A DNA stretch of 64,000 nucleotides from Octopus vulgaris. Lineage: Eukaryota. Below are positions 1-12,195 of this stretch, piece by piece. Each line of letters starts with the position of its first letter. Positions within the stretch are counted from its first letter, which is position 1. The stretch covers positions 82,088,001-82,152,000 of the forward strand of contig OX597831.1 of NCBI GenBank assembly GCA_951406725.2, read 5' to 3'. The notes under the pieces are model-generated. The model made no database searches. It saw nothing but the letters and a program-made list of their open reading frames with translations, and was not told the origin of the DNA. Both the position numbers and the translations under genes were made by a program.

Positions 1-308
1 TCAGTTTATAAAATATTTGTGTTTATATAACATATTGTAGAGGAATACAAATATACATGTATGCATATACAAATATACATGTATACGTATATGAGTATAT
101 ACAGGTTTGAGTATACGTAGCAGGAAGTCAGAAATAGTCCAGAATATGAAGAGTTCGATATTGTTCAGGTGTATATTGTTCAGGTGTACATTACAGGATG
201 AGGTAGAAACTAAGTCAATAGTGTTGATGAGACATACTATGGTAAATAGATGAATGATGTCAAAGGTACAAACCTTGGAGTTGTTTGAAAAGAGGTGCAG
301 GTTGTACT

Positions 309-401
309 TCCTTTACAGCTGTTTCCAGAATGGTTGGGTAACTGGTGCATGTTGAATATATCACTGATTTTTATTGGCAGCCTATTCCATCGTCGGAAGA
401 A
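309..401 (-). ncRNA. Degenerate type I hammerhead ribozyme motif in a Penelope-like 3' end relic
   Basis: Minus strand reads TTCTT-CCGACGA-TGGAAT..(long loop)..ATTCTG-GAAA-CAGCTG-TA-AAGGA. Stems I and II pair and stem III is a palindrome. The core has one substitution (CUGA>CCGA). Confidence 0.5.
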
Positions 402-454
402 ATACATACGTACACGTACATACATTCGCATACATACAAACACACACAAATACA

Positions 455-508
<54 letters not shown>

Positions 509-592
509 CACATATAGAAAAACCAAAGACAGGACAGGTTTAATATAATTGTGATTTAGGGATTATTCTCCTCAAGGAATTATGAAAAGGTC

Positions 593-665
<73 letters not shown>

Positions 666-1362
666 GTATATATATGTATATATATATGTATGTATTTATA
701 TATGTACATATATAAATGGTGGGTGGAAATGAGAGTACGTGTATATATATATATGTATGTGGATACAGTTGTAATAATGTAGTCAAACAAAATAGTGTGT
801 GTGTGTATATGTGTGCGCGCGCGTCTGTGCGTATAAATATACCTTGGTATGTTGCGTGCGTGTTTATAAGCACAGGTACACAAACATACAGGCTTTTTTA
901 CGAAACGAAGCACACGCACAAACACACACACACACATTCACTGGCATATCACACGTTATTTAAAAAGCTTCAATAAAATTCTGCTAAATTCTTTTCTCTC
1001 GAGCGAACCCCAGTAGTTTGTGGCAGCAGCACTACTAGTGGTATGTCTGTGATGAAAGTGATGATGATGATGATGATGATGGTGGTGGCGGCAGCGGTGA
1101 TGACGGTTTGATGGTTGTGGTGGTGGTGGTGGTGGTGGTGGTGGTAGCGATAATGACGGTGACGGCAGCGGGATGGTGACGGAAGGTGGTGGTGTTTGAG
1201 GTGATGATAAACCATTCGGATGGTGATGACGAAGATGATAATAAAAAAGAATACAACACGAATCTTAACTCTGTCTGAAAATTTATGAAACTTCCACATC
1301 ATTCGGTAAAATACTCTCTCGGCACAACATCTGGGCCACGTCCAAGGTTTTATGATGTCTAA

Positions 1363-1397
<35 letters not shown>

Positions 1398-1654
1398 GCA
1401 TACACACACATACATGCATACATGCACATACCTACATGTATACATATATACATTTATGTATATATGTGAGTGTGCATACATGCGCACACTCACACACACA
1501 CGCACACGTTGGTGAACGTCTGTATTTATAAATAAAGAAAAAGTAATACAAAGCAGAATGTTTGTATTTTATTAGAAACTACAGGCTATTGAAATCGAAA
1601 ACCTGTATTTCAAATTACTGACCAGTTAATGATAAAAGTAAGAAAGCGGCAGAC

Positions 1655-1790
1655 ATGAATACTCACGAAAATAGTAGACGAAATGTTACACAGCATAATC
1701 CTTTATTTAGTTTAAATGTTCGTTCTAATGTTGGCAATAGTTTCCTAAACTTTATAAATATCTCTTTCTCAGTAGACTCCAGAAATCAAA
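1655..1790 (+). mobile_element. Penelope-like element ORF fragment
   Basis: RRNVTQHNPLFSLNVRSNVGNSFLNFINISF resembles the Penelope post-RT motif R.RNI.WFNPPFS.NV.TNIG..FL.LI...F. Confidence 0.6.
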
Positions 1791-1974
1791 TGATTTTAAC
1801 TGGCGTTAAAGGGCTGCATAAAAATTTTCACTGCTTCTACAGGTAATATCACGTGACCACATGATCGACCAGACTATCAGATGTTGATTTACATCGCTAG
1901 TCACAATGCACTTTGCATCGCTCAGTTTTTGAATGTTTCCTCCCACCCACCGACTAGGTAAGCGGGCCAACATT

Positions 1975-2092
1975 CGTCCTGATTGGAAGGTTATTCCACG
2001 ACGCTGGATTACAACTGAATGGACTGAAGTAACGGGAATCGAACCAACGGTCACTTGTTCTTGAATGCAACACCCGAACCACTAGGCCACCA
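1975..2092 (-). mobile_element. tRNA-derived SINE head, degenerate
   Basis: Minus strand has an A-box-like GTGGCCTAGTGGTT and a B-box GGTTCGATTCCC; no complete cloverleaf. Confidence 0.5.
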
Positions 2093-2304
2093 GCCAATAT
2101 AAGCAGAAAAAGCACTTACCAGTATGAACACGCAAGCAATCTGTTCTCTGAGGGGTTCTAACAACCTCGTAGCAGTATGTATCTTTCTAATTGCAACGAA
2201 ATAGAAAAAGCTACAGAGGGGTTAAAAATATTTTTAAAAGATCATTCTAGAAGCTTGTATATATTTTCAGACTTCAGAAAGACTTCTCTCAACGTAATAG
2301 TTCA

Positions 2305-2955
2305 TAGGCACAGGCGAGGCTGTCGCCTCCCATCCACATGGCTTCGGGTTCAGACCCACTGCGTGGGGCTTTGGGCACGTGTCTTTTTTTACTATAGTTT
2401 CGGATCAGCTAAAGTCTTGTGAGTAGATTTGGTAGACGGAAACTGAAAGAAACCCATCGTATATATTGATTTCAAATTTTGGTACAAGGTTAGCAAATTT
2501 AGTGAAGGGAGTCAGTCGAATATATCACCCCCAGCACTCAACTGGAACTTATGTTATCGACCCCGAAAGGATGAAAGGCAAAGACAACTGTGGCAGAATT
2601 TGAATGCTGAACGTAAAGACGGATGAAATGCTTAGCGGCATTTCGTCCGGTGTCCTAAAGATTCTGCTAGCTCACCGCCTTAAGCCCATCGGAAACATAT
2701 ATATCTATGTGTGTGCGTGAAAGGCTTTGTGTTTGTGTTTGTCTCTCATCACCACTTGTCAACCGGTGTTGGCGTATTTACGTCCCCGTAACTTAGCAGT
2801 TCGGCAAAAGACACCGATAGAATAAGGATAAGAATATAAACAATTATAAAATCGATCGATCAACAAAAAAGTACGTGGGTCGATTAATTCGACTAAATAT
2901 TCTTGAAGGCAGTGCCCACGTATGGCCGCAGTCTCGTGACTGAAACAAGTAAAAA
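2305..2955 (+). mobile_element. SINE family A copy interrupted by an antisense SINE family B copy
   Basis: Contains the GATTTGGTAGACGGAAACTGAAAGAA core and the ..GGCCGCAGTC..GACTGAAACAAGTAAAA tail shared with copies at 15.7, 27.6, 45.2, 52.1 and 63.4 kb. Confidence 0.8.
2470..2682 (-). mobile_element. SINE family B copy nested in family A
   Basis: Reverse complement of GGCGGTGAGCTAGCAGAATC..GCCTTTCATCCTTTCGGGGTCGATAA. Confidence 0.8.
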
Positions 2956-3372
2956 AAAAAAAGATGAACGATAAAAAAATATCTGGAGTCTAAAGGATAA
3001 GAATATAAACAATTATGAAATCGATTGATCAGTTTTGGATCATGCACGCCACTACATTCCTCTCACCCCCCACCCAGAAGGTAGAACCTTTGTCTCTCAG
3101 AGAAGAAACATCTTCTCTAACACCCTTTTGCAATTTTGAAAAGAATATTTGAATTGATGAATTCTTACAGACAATTCCATCGAGATTTATTAAGGAATTT
3201 CAAATTACTAAGTGGCTAAAACAAACTATTTCTTACATTTGCCAACCCCTGAAAACTGTTCACATAATGAAAACAACATCAACAAAAATCTCCTGTTATT
3301 CATCAACACTAATATATGTGGTGTGGGTATGTGCTTATATACACACACTTATATATATATATATATATATAT

Positions 3373-3515
3373 TAGAAGAAGATATGCAGGTACTAGAAGA
3401 AATCTAGATGGTTTTATATTTACAGATATTTATTAATATATCACATGTGACATATTAATAAATATCTGTAAATATAAAACCATCTAGATTTCTGAGTACC
3501 TTATTTCTTCTAATA
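3373..3515. repeat. Fold-back palindrome flanked by (TA)n
   Basis: 3398-3445 is the reverse complement of 3446-3493 with one mismatch and no spacer (centre TCACATGTGA); imperfect outer arms. Confidence 0.9.
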
Positions 3516-3543
3516 TATAATACCTGTACATCATCTCCAAACC

Positions 3544-3611
<68 letters not shown>

Positions 3612-3689
3612 TCATGCTTTCAGCAATACACAGATAGACACACGCACGCACACACATATAAACACACATCCCCCCTCCCTCCATCTATC

Positions 3690-4160
3690 CATACATACAA
3701 TGCGCATTGATTGTGTTATATAAAACATATATAAGCGCTGGAAGTGTATAGTAATTGATATATGCTTACCTCTCATATCTAAGGTTACGAAATATTTGAT
3801 TGGTTTTATTCTAGAGCAGGTTGCAAAGAAATGACTAACCACGACTAAGCGGTTCACATTGTGCGCGACATGCTTTTTTATGGTCACGTGGTCTTTGACA
3901 CTGGTTGCCCTTCATTTACATTTGCGAGGAAATATTTATGCCTGTGCCGGCAGTTAAACGTAAGTTCATTTCTCTTGTTTTGGACTGGTTTGGGACGCCA
4001 AATGAAATAGTTTTCGTTTGTAGAACAAAGGAGATTAGAGCAATAAAACAAATCCTTAAATAATGATTATTCGCTAAATATTCGCCATAAATTTTGACAT
4101 CATTTTTATCTTTTGATCTTGGTGTGGATGTCAGAAGGAGAACTTCTGTTGGCGCAGAGA
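3690..4160 (-). mobile_element. Penelope-like element 3' fragment (GIY-YIG C-terminus plus 3' UTR)
   Basis: Minus strand near 3915-3985 translates QNKRNELTFNCRHRHKYFLANV, like the Penelope terminal LNKR.E....CRH..K..L motif. Confidence 0.65.
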
Positions 4161-4895
4161 ACTCTTGTACCAGTGCTTTGTGATATTACAGCTGTTTAGT
4201 TACAGATCAACTCTAGTTGAACAGACAGACAAAAAGAAGCAAGTTGGCCGATTAACTTGGTGTGCTCCATTGATCCATGGCTGTGAATGTCCCACACCTT
4301 CGATGACCATATAGTACATACATCTACAAACATTGCATTCTCTCCTCTCTGATTCAGTAAGTCTGAATATTCCGTGGATTTAATGTTGATGGTTGATGTG
4401 TTTTATTCGTGAAGGCACCAGAACGGTATACAATGGTCTTTGATCCAAATATTTGTCTTCCAAGGGAAAGAAATCCTGATTCCGGCAATCCTACATCGGT
4501 TCCCTTTTCTTCTGACGTCTTTGCAAAAAACATTACCACAAACTTTAGTTTAAATTTCTCGGCCCTGGATATAAGACACGTCAATTAGAGATGAACTCTT
4601 AATCCTCCGGCTTATAATCCTACGGCTTCTTTAATATCGTCTGGCTGTGAAAGAAATGCATTCTTCAGCCGACCCAGGGGAGAAGAAATAAATTAGGTTA
4701 GAGGTAGTGCAGATTTATAACAACAGACAACACATCTTTAGGTAATTATCTATCTCGTCAGCAACAATTATATCACATGGGTTAAAGTGTTTGCCAAGAG
4801 GCTTAGTGGCAGGGGCGGGGCGGAATCATTTGGCACCGTCTTCTTGTTAGGCATTGGGACATTACTACAACTGAACTGGGAGTTTACTACAATGA

Positions 4896-5527
<632 letters not shown>

Positions 5528-5529
5528 GA

Positions 5530-5850
5530 TTTTTTTTATTTGCTAGCAAGGCGACGGATGAGGGGGACAATACGAAGACAGGTATAAAGTGTGGGAGGTT
5601 TACATATAATGGAATAATAGAGAAAAAATACACTGAAAGAAGGGAAGTATACACAGTGTACGGCACTAAGAAAAAAAGAAAAGGGGGTCCTCCTGACACA
5701 GGAAGCCTTCTAGGGCTAATGGCCGTTTACTTTGACCACTGTGGATTGTAGCGAACCAAACTCTGAAAACGGGTTCAAAACCGGTCGGTTTAGGGACGGC
5801 TTCCAAGTAGCGATGGTCGCTACCGTCATCGATCCATTGCCATCCATTGC
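5530..5850 (-). mobile_element. Tx1/L1-clade LINE 3' end relic
   Basis: Similar to 48855-49080 (TTTTATTTGC..GGATGAG.GGGACAATAC.AAGACAG); AATAAA on the minus strand next to a microsatellite. Confidence 0.5.
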
Positions 5851-7566
5851 ACCGGAGAATTGTGACAGAGACGGCTGAAATAGTGAATAGGGACATTCAA
5901 GTACCGGCCTGGATGACAAAAGGAAAAACGGTACAATGCCAGAAGGACACCAGTAAAGGGAATGCGGTTGGAAATCTCCGACCAATATCTTGTTTTCCGT
6001 TGATGTGGAAACTGATGACGGCCATCATATCAAACAGCATCTATAAATAAGTACTTAGATGAGAACGACCTTCTACCAGTGGAACAAAGGGGTGTAGATG
6101 TAAGAGCAGAAGAACGAAGGATCAATTACTAATCGATAAGACTATCCTGGCTGACTGCAGGAAGAGGCATGGGTGGACTACAGGAAAGCATATGACATGG
6201 TCCCCACACTCATGGATTATTGAATGCCTTAAACTGCTTAAGGTCTCCCACAATATCCTGAAGTTAATACAAAGCTCAATGGCAAACGTGGCGAACTGAA
6301 CTCACAGCATGGGGAGATTATTTGAAGAGAACTCGGCTTGTGCTCCAATCGAAGCTAAATGACCGCTATAAGATTAGAGCAATTAACACGAGGGCGGTTG
6401 CTTTGATGCGATATGGGGCAGGAATAGTATCTTGGAAGAAGCATGAATTACAAGAGATAGACCTGAGAACATGTAAATTAATGAGAATGAACAAAGAACT
6501 ACACCCCAAGAGTGATGTGTCAAGGTTGTATGTAAAGAGGAAAGGAGGAGGACGGGGATTGGTGTGTTGTGAATGTTGTGTAAGGGAAGAGGAGAATAGC
6601 CTGGCTTGGTATGTCAAGGGGAGTAAAGAAGAAATGATTGAAGCAGTGAAAATACAGGAAACCTTAAAAGTGAACGAAGCCGTAGATCCAACACAATTTA
6701 AGAAAAGCCAGAGAGAGCAGATGAAGAAAACTTGGCAGGACAAGAACATCCACAGTCAGTTCTTGAAGAATAAAGATGAAATTGAATAGAATAGAACCTG
6801 GCAATGTCTGCAGAAAGGAGACTTAAAAGGGCCCACTGAGGCATTAGTGTGCAGCGCTCAAGAACAAGCTCTCAGAACAAACTACTCCAAATATCACATT
6901 GATAAAAACACTGACTAAGCCATTGTGTAGGATGTGCTCTTAGAAGGGAGAAAGTATAAGCCATATTGTTAGGGAGTTCTGTAATCTCGCACAATGTGAA
7001 TATAAAAGGAGACATGACAATGTGGCCAGATAAGTCCACTGGCTGTTGTGTGGTAAATCAAACCTCGAGAGAGCCGAACAATGGAAAAAGAACCTTACAA
7101 AATACTCTGGGATTTTAACATGCAGTGCAACCAAGTCATAGAAGCGAGACGGCCAGATATCGTGATCATCCTTAAAGGTGAAAAATAAGTAAAGATAATA
7201 GATGTTGCAATACCAGGCGATTCGAGGGTGAAATGTTAGGAAACAGAAAAGAGTGAGAAATACAAGCCACGGCGGGACGAGATAGGAAAGTTATGGGGCA
7301 TGAGGTAAGTAATGGTGATACCTTGTGGTAATTGGAGCATTGGGAGCAGTTTCCAGGGGCTTTGAAAAACATATTAAGAATATTGGAGCTGCTGTCAGGC
7401 TCGGATTCAGAAGACAGCATTTTTGGGTACAGTTCACATTCTAAGTAGAGTATTGTCTCTTTGAGTCACAGGAGAAGGCACTACTTGAAACCTTTGGTGA
7501 TTTGGTATTGCCTGCTTTTAAGTGAAGAATAACTGATAATTAAGAACTATCCAAGAGTCTTTCAGA

Positions 7567-7607
<41 letters not shown>
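5850..7607 (+). mobile_element. R4/Dong-like RLE non-LTR retrotransposon, truncated and internally deleted
   Basis: RT start NLRPISC.PLMWKL and [13 protein letters not shown], deletion near 6320, LHPKSDVSRLYVKRKGGGRGL, AQEQALRTN, a CRMC..H..C knuckle and the RPDI RLE motif; many stops; (TAA)n tail at 7568-7607. Confidence 0.9.
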
Positions 7608-7608
<1 letters not shown>

Positions 7609-7625
7609 GCTATAAATTCTCTAGC

Positions 7626-7955
7626 AGGGTGCATCATAGCCATGTGTTGAGAGGAATTCTTTGAAGGTTTGAATAATTCACCATGGGTATTTTGTTCATC
7701 ATACTTAAGACAACCCATATTCAGGTACCGTTTGAGCGGGATGGGCTATTCGACTTGAAAAAAATTCTAGCTGGGCCCCACCTGTAAGGTCATGTGCTGT
7801 TTATTTTGATGTGAGATCACCATGCTGCACACATGGTTGTGATGTATGTTCCTGGTGTACCCTTATCAGACGGATGGGCTTCGTATATCGTATAATTGTA
7901 CCCCAGCGTCACTTTGATGGCATGTACTGCTCTCTCAATATATTATAATAATAAT
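7626..7955 (+). mobile_element. Repeat family C, 3' part with short TAA tail
   Basis: Colinear with 19812-20166 (GCATCATAGCCATGTGTTGAGAG..GTCACTTTGATGGCATG.ACTGCTCTCTCA). Confidence 0.8.
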
Positions 7956-7969
7956 AGTTAGTAGTAGTA

Positions 7970-8518
7970 GTCGTGCCCTGATGCGGTACCGGACAGTGGC
8001 AATACCCTGGTGCAGTAGCTATCGGTGGCTTTCATGGCTTCTGATCTTTACTGATTGGAAGTGTTATAATGTACATGTTTTGCCTTGGTATAAAAGAAGA
8101 GCTACAGCAAATATTCTACTCAATACCACAGATTTGCTTGTCAGTTGTTTGACCTTAACCAATTGAGCATGTCTTTTAGTGGCTGACGATACGTGCATCT
8201 CTGATATCGAGTAGGAATAGTGGGGAAGCATTATAACCATGCGTTGAGAGTGATTCTTTGGGGTTTGGATAATTCATCACTGGAAACATGGGTGCTTTGT
8301 TCATCATCCTTAAACAAGCCTTATTCAGGGACCTTTTAAGCAGATTAGGCTACTCATCCAGACGAAAATTCTAACTGGGCCTCACCTGAAATATCCCGTT
8401 TATTTTGATAAGAGGTCAGCATGTCGCGCTCATATGGTTGCGATACATGTTCCTGGTTTACGCTTATCAGACGGGTAGTCATGATAGGTATATCGGACTC
8501 CGCATATTTCTACCCCCA
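7970..8518 (+). mobile_element. Repeat family C, near full length
   Basis: ATGGCTTCTGATCTT.ACTGATTGGAAGTG..CACAGATTTGCTTGTCAGTTG; matches 19712-20142, 33657-33900 (minus) and 53003-53331. Confidence 0.85.
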
Positions 8519-9330
8519 CCGAATGCACTATAGTGGAAGCGCTGCGCCAAGCTTTGGCCACGAAATGGAGGGTCAACTTTAAGAACGAGCAAGTGTCTCC
8601 GCCGTGTCGTATATGCAATTCAGTGGACGAAACCATTGCCCATATCATGGACGAATGCCCTAGACTTGCCCAAAACCACCACAAATTGTGGCAACTCAAG
8701 GTAACGAAACTGTTACATTGGAAACTGTGCGAAAAGTGGTGGCTAGAGAGAGGCAAGATGTGGTATGAGCACAGACCGCAGAGAGTGGCAGACTCCGAGA
8801 CTAGCAAAATCCTCTGGGATTTTCCAATCCAAATTGGTCAGGTGCTAGAGCATAACAGACCGGACTTAGTGGTGGTGGTGGACAAGGTGCACCACATATG
8901 CTATAATGTTAATGTTGCATGCCATTTGACCCACGAATAGTCAAGAAAGAAGATGACAAGATACATAGATACATTCCTCTTAAGTACGAAATAACCTGGC
9001 TGTGGAAAATGAAGAAGAGGAAGATAGTGCCAGTTATTTTTGGATCCTTGGGAACAGTATCAAGAGGTATCAAGAGGAATATAAAAGAAATTGGAATAGA
9101 GTGCCCTGTGGAACTGTTACAAAAGGATTGCTTTCTTGGCATAGCCAGAATAATCAGGACAGTATTAGATAACTGAAAAGAACGAATAGCATGGTGCCGT
9201 AGGCTGCAGGTAGTAAGCCCGCCGCTACGCATGCAAGACTCCAAGAGCTCCAACAAAACCTTGTGATAAAGAGATAATAATAATAGCAATAATAATAATA
9301 ATAATAGCAATAATAATAATAATAATATAA

Positions 9331-9361
<31 letters not shown>

Positions 9362-9412
9362 AAGAAGAAGAAGAAGAAGAAAAAGAAGAATAACAATAAT
9401 AATAATAATAAT
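8519..9412 (+). mobile_element. R4/Dong-like RLE LINE 3' fragment
   Basis: CRICNSVDETIAHIMDEC zinc knuckle, KILWDF, HNRPDLVVV, VPVIFGSLG; stop at 9176; 3' UTR followed by a (TAA)n/(GAA)n tail. Confidence 0.9.
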
Positions 9413-9539
9413 AGACTTTTTATTTTTGAGGCATGAAATCCTATAGACCGCCAAACATTTTATTTCAAAGAGATTATAAAGATATATGTATCCGTATGTG
9501 TGTGTTTTGAGTGTGTCACACAATGTTTAGTAAGATGAA

Positions 9540-10295
9540 ATTCTGGACCCCACAACAAAGGCAACCCGCCCGTACCGGCGGGGAGTGGCCAACACCCGGG
9601 TAGGATCAGAGTATTTCAAGATTCTGATCCGATAATCTTCTGCAAACTGTGGTGTCCCAATGCAACAGCGAGTATCTTTGGCTGTGATCGATCAGTGAGA
9701 ACTCTCACATTCCTTTGTTAGCTCAACTTTAGAGAGACTATTATCATTTTTAGGGACGGCGCTTTCACTCTTCCTCAATCGGCATAGGGTTCCTCTTATC
9801 CTACTTAACATTGTTAATGAATTTCCTTCAGATTTATGTTACTGACAATCGTAACGCTCAGCCCCAGCTGGTGGGGCAGACACAGGAGCCGCCCTTACAC
9901 TTCCATTAACTAATACATTCCCAGTCCGGGTTGATCGTTTTTCGCTTGTCTCTTCTTTGTCTTCATTGTCCTGACGGTTTCCAGACCCATTCACCAGAGT
10001 CTAGCTTTCTGAAACCACTGCGGGATAACCAGGTGAAACTGTCGCTTGAAGTCTGGCCACCTCTGTGCTGGAGGGAGTTCTTAGCGCCCTCATTCCTCGG
10101 CGGTTCCTGTTCGTATTAGTACAGAAGGTAGGCGATTCCACTTGCTTTTTCTTCTACTGTGGCTACCTTCAGAGCAGTGACCCCTGTTGCTATGGAAACA
10201 CCAGCAGCAGCAGCAGCAGCAGCAGCCGCAGCAGCAGCAGCAGCCGTAGTCATCACCTCAAAGATCTGTTGGTGTCGCTGCCACAACGAGCGTTT
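9540..10295 (-). mobile_element. Possible decayed LINE ORF1-region relic
   Basis: GC-richer island; minus-strand GEWVWKP..RQRRDKRK resembles the W-plus-basic patch of LINE ORF1 proteins; no long frame. Confidence 0.3.
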
Positions 10296-10360
10296 TTTTA
10301 ACTTTTTCCTTTATTACTGATCCTTTTCCATTTATATAAATACTTGCTTGTTTTTGCGTT

Positions 10361-10422
<62 letters not shown>

Positions 10423-10791
10423 CACATATATGTATGTGTGTGTGTGTTTGTGTATGAAGAGAAAGGTGTTTATGTGTGTAAGAAGAGGAGGGAGCGGGAA
10501 GAAAATGAGCAAACAATGATTAAGAATCATACATGCAAGATGAGTAAGCAACAACAACAATAGCAGCAAGAGGACCGATGGTGGCGGTGGTGGTGGCGGC
10601 GGCGGCGGTGGTGGTGGTGGTGGCGGTGGTGGTGGTGGCGGTGGTGGGGACGACTACGACGACAACAAAGAAGAAAATGAAGACGGCGATGAGACGATGG
10701 GTGCGGTGGGGGTGGAAGTAGGGACTAGAAAAGATAAGATAAGATTTGTAGTTATTCATGTTAATAATAGTAATATTAATGATACCATTTA

Positions 10792-10844
<53 letters not shown>

Positions 10845-11045
10845 TGATAACAACAACAATAACAATAATAATAACAATAACAATAATAAAAATAGTAATA
10901 ATAATAACAGGAATGCACAAAATAGCCCATCCCGGGTGCTCTTTATCAACAAGAATCTGCTTCTTTTAATATTTCTGCCGCCGACCTTGTTAATTGTATA
11001 CAGAGATTTTCACACATTAAGGTCACTGTATCATATTGAAATCAT

Positions 11046-11094
<49 letters not shown>

Positions 11095-11454
11095 CACACA
11101 CGCGCACACACACACACACACACGCACAGTCACATTTTTGTGTGAATTCATATATATATATATTTGTATATAAGTATATAAAGAGACTATTATATGGTTA
11201 TCAGCGTAATTAGATGACGAGAGAGAGAGAGAGAGAGAGGAGGAGGAGGAGGGAGGGAGGGAGGGTTAGAGTTAGGGTGGCTGTGGCAGAAATGCTATAG
11301 CTATAGGCTAAAATCATTTCCATGTTTAGTCGTATCTCATCATATTCTGTGTTCCAATCTCACCGGGATACACTTCATCCGTCAAAGGTCAATAATAACA
11401 CCCCCCCCACACACACAATGCATATGCGTGTACACATATGTATTGAAATGTAAA

Positions 11455-12193
11455 AGGAGGCTCTTTCCCTTAACACTTCTGTTGTTATGCTATCTTCTTC
11501 TGGAGCTTTGTCTGTTCCCATCAGCAAGAGAATAATTCACCGACCAGAATATATGGCACTTCATCTGTGGCAGCGAATTATCGAACTTCACTGACGATTT
11601 TAAAAAGTTGGTTAAGAAGGTTTTGCATGCTTCTTCCATCTCCGCTTTATCTGTCACTGTGAGCCCATCCTTGTTCTAAATGCTTTCATCTAGAGTGCCA
11701 GTTCTCTCCGGCATCTTTTTAGACTTCTCCTCAACTGAATAGCCTGCGTCAGCTTCCTCAATATATAATTCTCGAAGTCATTCCTTAGTTGCTGTCTGAT
11801 TGATTTGCACAGAACCGAATACTGGAAGTGATCTCTCATGTTCCTCTTCATAGTTTTCCGTTTCCAATTTTTCGCTTCCTCTGAGATTTTTCCGTCAAGC
11901 TCCCTCTGACTTCAAGTTCTCACCTTCCACATACAGATTTCAAGTTTCTGAACCAGAGAATTGCGGTCCTCGTCAAACTCTACAAGTTCACTTTAAACGC
12001 TTCTCTTGACAGCATCCCGCAACTGCATCGCATCGAAGACCTTGTTGCGTTGATTCTTCACCGAGATTGGCAAAGCCGTCTTCTTTTCTGATTTCTTTGA
12101 TGAAGGTCTTTGCTAATGGCAAGTGACGATCGCTGCCGGGGCTGAATGGTGTTATCACTCAGACGTCTTGAAGTATACGTCGTTTGTTGATAA
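11455..12193 (-). mobile_element. RTE-like LINE fragment (end of APE endonuclease to start of RT)
   Basis: Minus strand gives PFSPGSDR (degenerate GSDH), YSVLCKSIRQQLRNDFENY, KDGLTVTDKAEMEEACK and DKAPEEDSITTEVLRE (KAPG.D.I..E.L), with frameshifts. Confidence 0.65.
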
Positions 12194-12195
12194 GG

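Noticed and set aside
4354-4680. Possible Penelope fragment on the minus strand
   Set aside because: Only a vague resemblance to GIY-YIG motifs; not supportable by eye.
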